From: Alphaproteobacteria bacterium | GTDB taxonomy: Bacteria; Pseudomonadota; Alphaproteobacteria; UBA7887 | Assembly: GCA_030739735.1 (NCBI GenBank) | Contig: JASLYQ010000015.1 | Coordinates: 5,733 to 69,732, forward strand | Length of the DNA stretch: 64,000 bases | Direction of reading: 5' to 3' | Shown: one piece after another, positions 62,116 through 64,000 of the stretch | How positions within the stretch are numbered: the stretch's first letter is position 1 | How the letters are laid out: every line of letters begins with the position of its first letter | Notes under the pieces: model-generated | The model's database searches: none | What the model saw: only the letters and a program-made list of their open reading frames with translations | What the model was told of the DNA's origin: nothing | Position numbers and translations under genes: made by a program

Positions 62116-62853
62116 ATGGCGATTGCGGACTACGAAACGGCGCTGGTAACGGGCGCCTCGGCTGGAATCGGGGCGGCGACGGTGCGCGCGCTTGCAGCGA
62201 AGGGTCTGGCCGTGACTGCGGTGGCGCGGCGCGCCGACCGGCTCGAGGCGCTGGCGGTGGAGACAGGCTGCACACCGCTTGCGCTTGATCTAACCGACAC
62301 CAAGGCACTCAACGAGGCCTTGCGTGGGCGAGAGGTCGACGTGCTAGTCAATAACGCGGGCCTCGGGCGCGGCATGGCGAGCTTCCTCGAGGCTAGCGCC
62401 GAAGATATAGACCTCACCATCTCAACCAACGTTATCGCCTTCCTGCACGTGATCCATGCCGTGGCGCCCAACATGGTGGCACGCAAGACAGGCCACATGG
62501 TCAATATCGGCTCGATCGCCGGACTCTATCCCTTGCAATCGCCAATCTATGGTGCCTCGAAGGGCGCGGTGCGGCTGGCCTCGCAGAACCTGCGCATCGA
62601 CCTCGAAGGTTCGGGTGTGCGCCTGACCGAAATCTGTCCCGGGCGTGTTGTAACCGAGTTCCTGGTCCAGGCCTCGGGTGAGGAGGCCGCGCGCGACATC
62701 TACGGTCAATTCGACGAGCTGCAGCCAGAGGACATCGCCGATGCCATCGTCTATGCCGTGGATGCGCCGTGGCGGGTCAATGTCTCAACCATCGAGATCG
62801 TGCCTACCGAGCAGATCATCGGCGGCATTCACACCACGCGAGTCGAGCGCTAA
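62116..62853 (+). CDS. SDR-family oxidoreductase
   Basis: TGASAGIGAA cofactor motif and a YGASKGA active-site motif. The internal ATG at 62116 is preferred. Confidence 0.8.
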   Translation: MAIADYETALVTGASAGIGAATVRALAAKGLAVTAVARRADRLEALAVETGCTPLALDLTDTKALNEALRGREVDVLVNNAGLGRGMASFLEASAEDIDLTISTNVIAFLHVIHAVAPNMVARKTGHMVNIGSIAGLYPLQSPIYGASKGAVRLASQNLRIDLEGSGVRLTEICPGRVVTEFLVQASGEEAARDIYGQFDELQPEDIADAIVYAVDAPWRVNVSTIEIVPTEQIIGGIHTTRVER

Positions 62854-62873
62854 AAACAGACGAGGAGATTGCG

Positions 62874-63179
62874 ATGTCCGTTTATATGATTGCCGACGCA
62901 ACGGTAAACGATCCTGAAGCCTACAAGGCCTATCTTAAGGCGGCACCCCAATTTGTGAAGAAATATGGCGGCGAATATCTCGTGCGCGGCGGCACGGTGC
63001 TGGCGCAGCACGGCGAGTGGAATCCGGAGCGCGTCCTGCTCTTCCGCTTTCCCAGCCAACAAGCAATCGAGGATTTCATGGCCGATCCTGACTATCAGCC
63101 GTGGAAGGAATTGCGCGAGCGCATCACCACGCCGCACAGCATGCTGATCATCGAAGGCATCAAGAAAGGTGAGGTGTAA
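62874..63179 (+). CDS. DUF1330-family protein
   Basis: About 101 aa with the MSVYMIADATVNDPEAYKAY pattern typical of DUF1330. Confidence 0.55.
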   Translation: MSVYMIADATVNDPEAYKAYLKAAPQFVKKYGGEYLVRGGTVLAQHGEWNPERVLLFRFPSQQAIEDFMADPDYQPWKELRERITTPHSMLIIEGIKKGEV

Positions 63180-63183
63180 AGCC

Positions 63184-63906
63184 ATGATCGATCTGCATTA
63201 CTGGCCGACTCCTAACGCCAAGAAGGTCACCATCCTGCTCGAGGAATGCGGGATGCCTTACAACATAGTGCCCTGCCATATTGGCCGCGGCGACCAGTTC
63301 GTTGACGATTTCCTGCGCATCTCGCCAAACAACCGTATGCCGGCCATGGTGGACCATGAGCCGGACAACGGCGGTGAGCCGATCGCGCTGTTCGAATCGG
63401 GTGCCATCATGATGTACATCGCCGAGAAGGCGGGGAAGTTCTATCCCCAGAATCTCCGCGGGCGCCACGAGGTTAACCAGTGGCTCATGTGGCAGATGGC
63501 AAACCAGGGACCGAAGACCGGCGAGCGCGGCCATTTTCGGCGCCTCGGCGACGACCATGGTGACCAGTCTTACGCCGTGACCCGCTTCACCAACGAGATA
63601 AACCGGCTTTATGGCGTGCTAAACATTCGTCTCTACGATCGAGCATATGTGGCCGGCAACGAGTACACCATCGCCGACATGATCTGCTATCCCTGGACCG
63701 TCGGCTGGAAAATCCAGGACCAGAACATCGACGAGTTCAAATATTTCAAGCGCTGGTTCGAGGAGCTCTCGGAACGTCCTGCCGTGGCGCGTGGCCTCGC
63801 CGTGGGCGCAGACCTACCAGAGGATCCGGCCACATTGTCAGACGAGGAAAAGGTGCGACGGCACAAACTGATGTACAACCAGCGCGCCCGCCCAGCACCC
63901 GCCTAA
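63184..63906 (+). CDS. glutathione S-transferase, Nu-class-like (YghU/YfcG type)
   Basis: IDLHYWPTPNAKKV N-terminus and an extended C-terminal domain. Confidence 0.75.
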   Translation: MIDLHYWPTPNAKKVTILLEECGMPYNIVPCHIGRGDQFVDDFLRISPNNRMPAMVDHEPDNGGEPIALFESGAIMMYIAEKAGKFYPQNLRGRHEVNQWLMWQMANQGPKTGERGHFRRLGDDHGDQSYAVTRFTNEINRLYGVLNIRLYDRAYVAGNEYTIADMICYPWTVGWKIQDQNIDEFKYFKRWFEELSERPAVARGLAVGADLPEDPATLSDEEKVRRHKLMYNQRARPAPA

Positions 63907-64000
63907 GCACTACTCCGCGGCCGTCGAAAGGCCCGCATTCGCCTCCACGGACGGCGATAGATAGGCGCCCTGGCGCAGCAGCTCGCGTTGTACGAGGCGC

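Overview
High-GC (about 65%) alphaproteobacterial chromosomal segment, densely coding, with about 66 supportable protein genes. I recognised no rRNA, tRNA or CRISPR array. The housekeeping backbone includes metY, gluQ, the kdtA-lpxK-lpxL lipid A cluster, tadA, rluB/rsmD, mutL, pgi, purD/xseA, etfBA-hbd, purA, hisZ, serA-serC, thiD and glmM.

The most coherent metabolic module is an ethylmalonyl-CoA pathway core: ecm is divergent from ccr-mcd, and the shared promoter carries an imperfect palindrome. It may be co-transcribed with a GMC oxidoreductase, a hydratase and an aminotransferase.

The most unusual region is about 41.1-48.4 kb. An inverted duplication of atypical-SDR + GST modules brackets two enoyl-CoA hydratases, a translationally coupled HxlR regulator / nitronate monooxygenase pair and a MerB-like (alkylmercury lyase fold) protein. 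That protein lacks the catalytic Asp and has no mer operon context. The block is bordered by an AT-rich segment and a degenerate IS5-like transposase remnant. Its divergent promoter contains two copies of an AAGTTC-N7-GAAC palindrome.

A decayed patch at 8.1-9.4 kb holds a GST C-terminal fragment and a multiply frameshifted adenylate-cyclase-family fragment on either side of an intact PNPOx-like gene.

Other points of interest:
- an over-long sodium:solute symporter co-operonic with a 2-TM microprotein and a TPR protein, beside an orphan carboxyltransferase;
- an orphan ABC solute-binding protein;
- a 600-bp gene-free interval with a low-GC core.

All calls come from reading the translations. 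I ran no database search.
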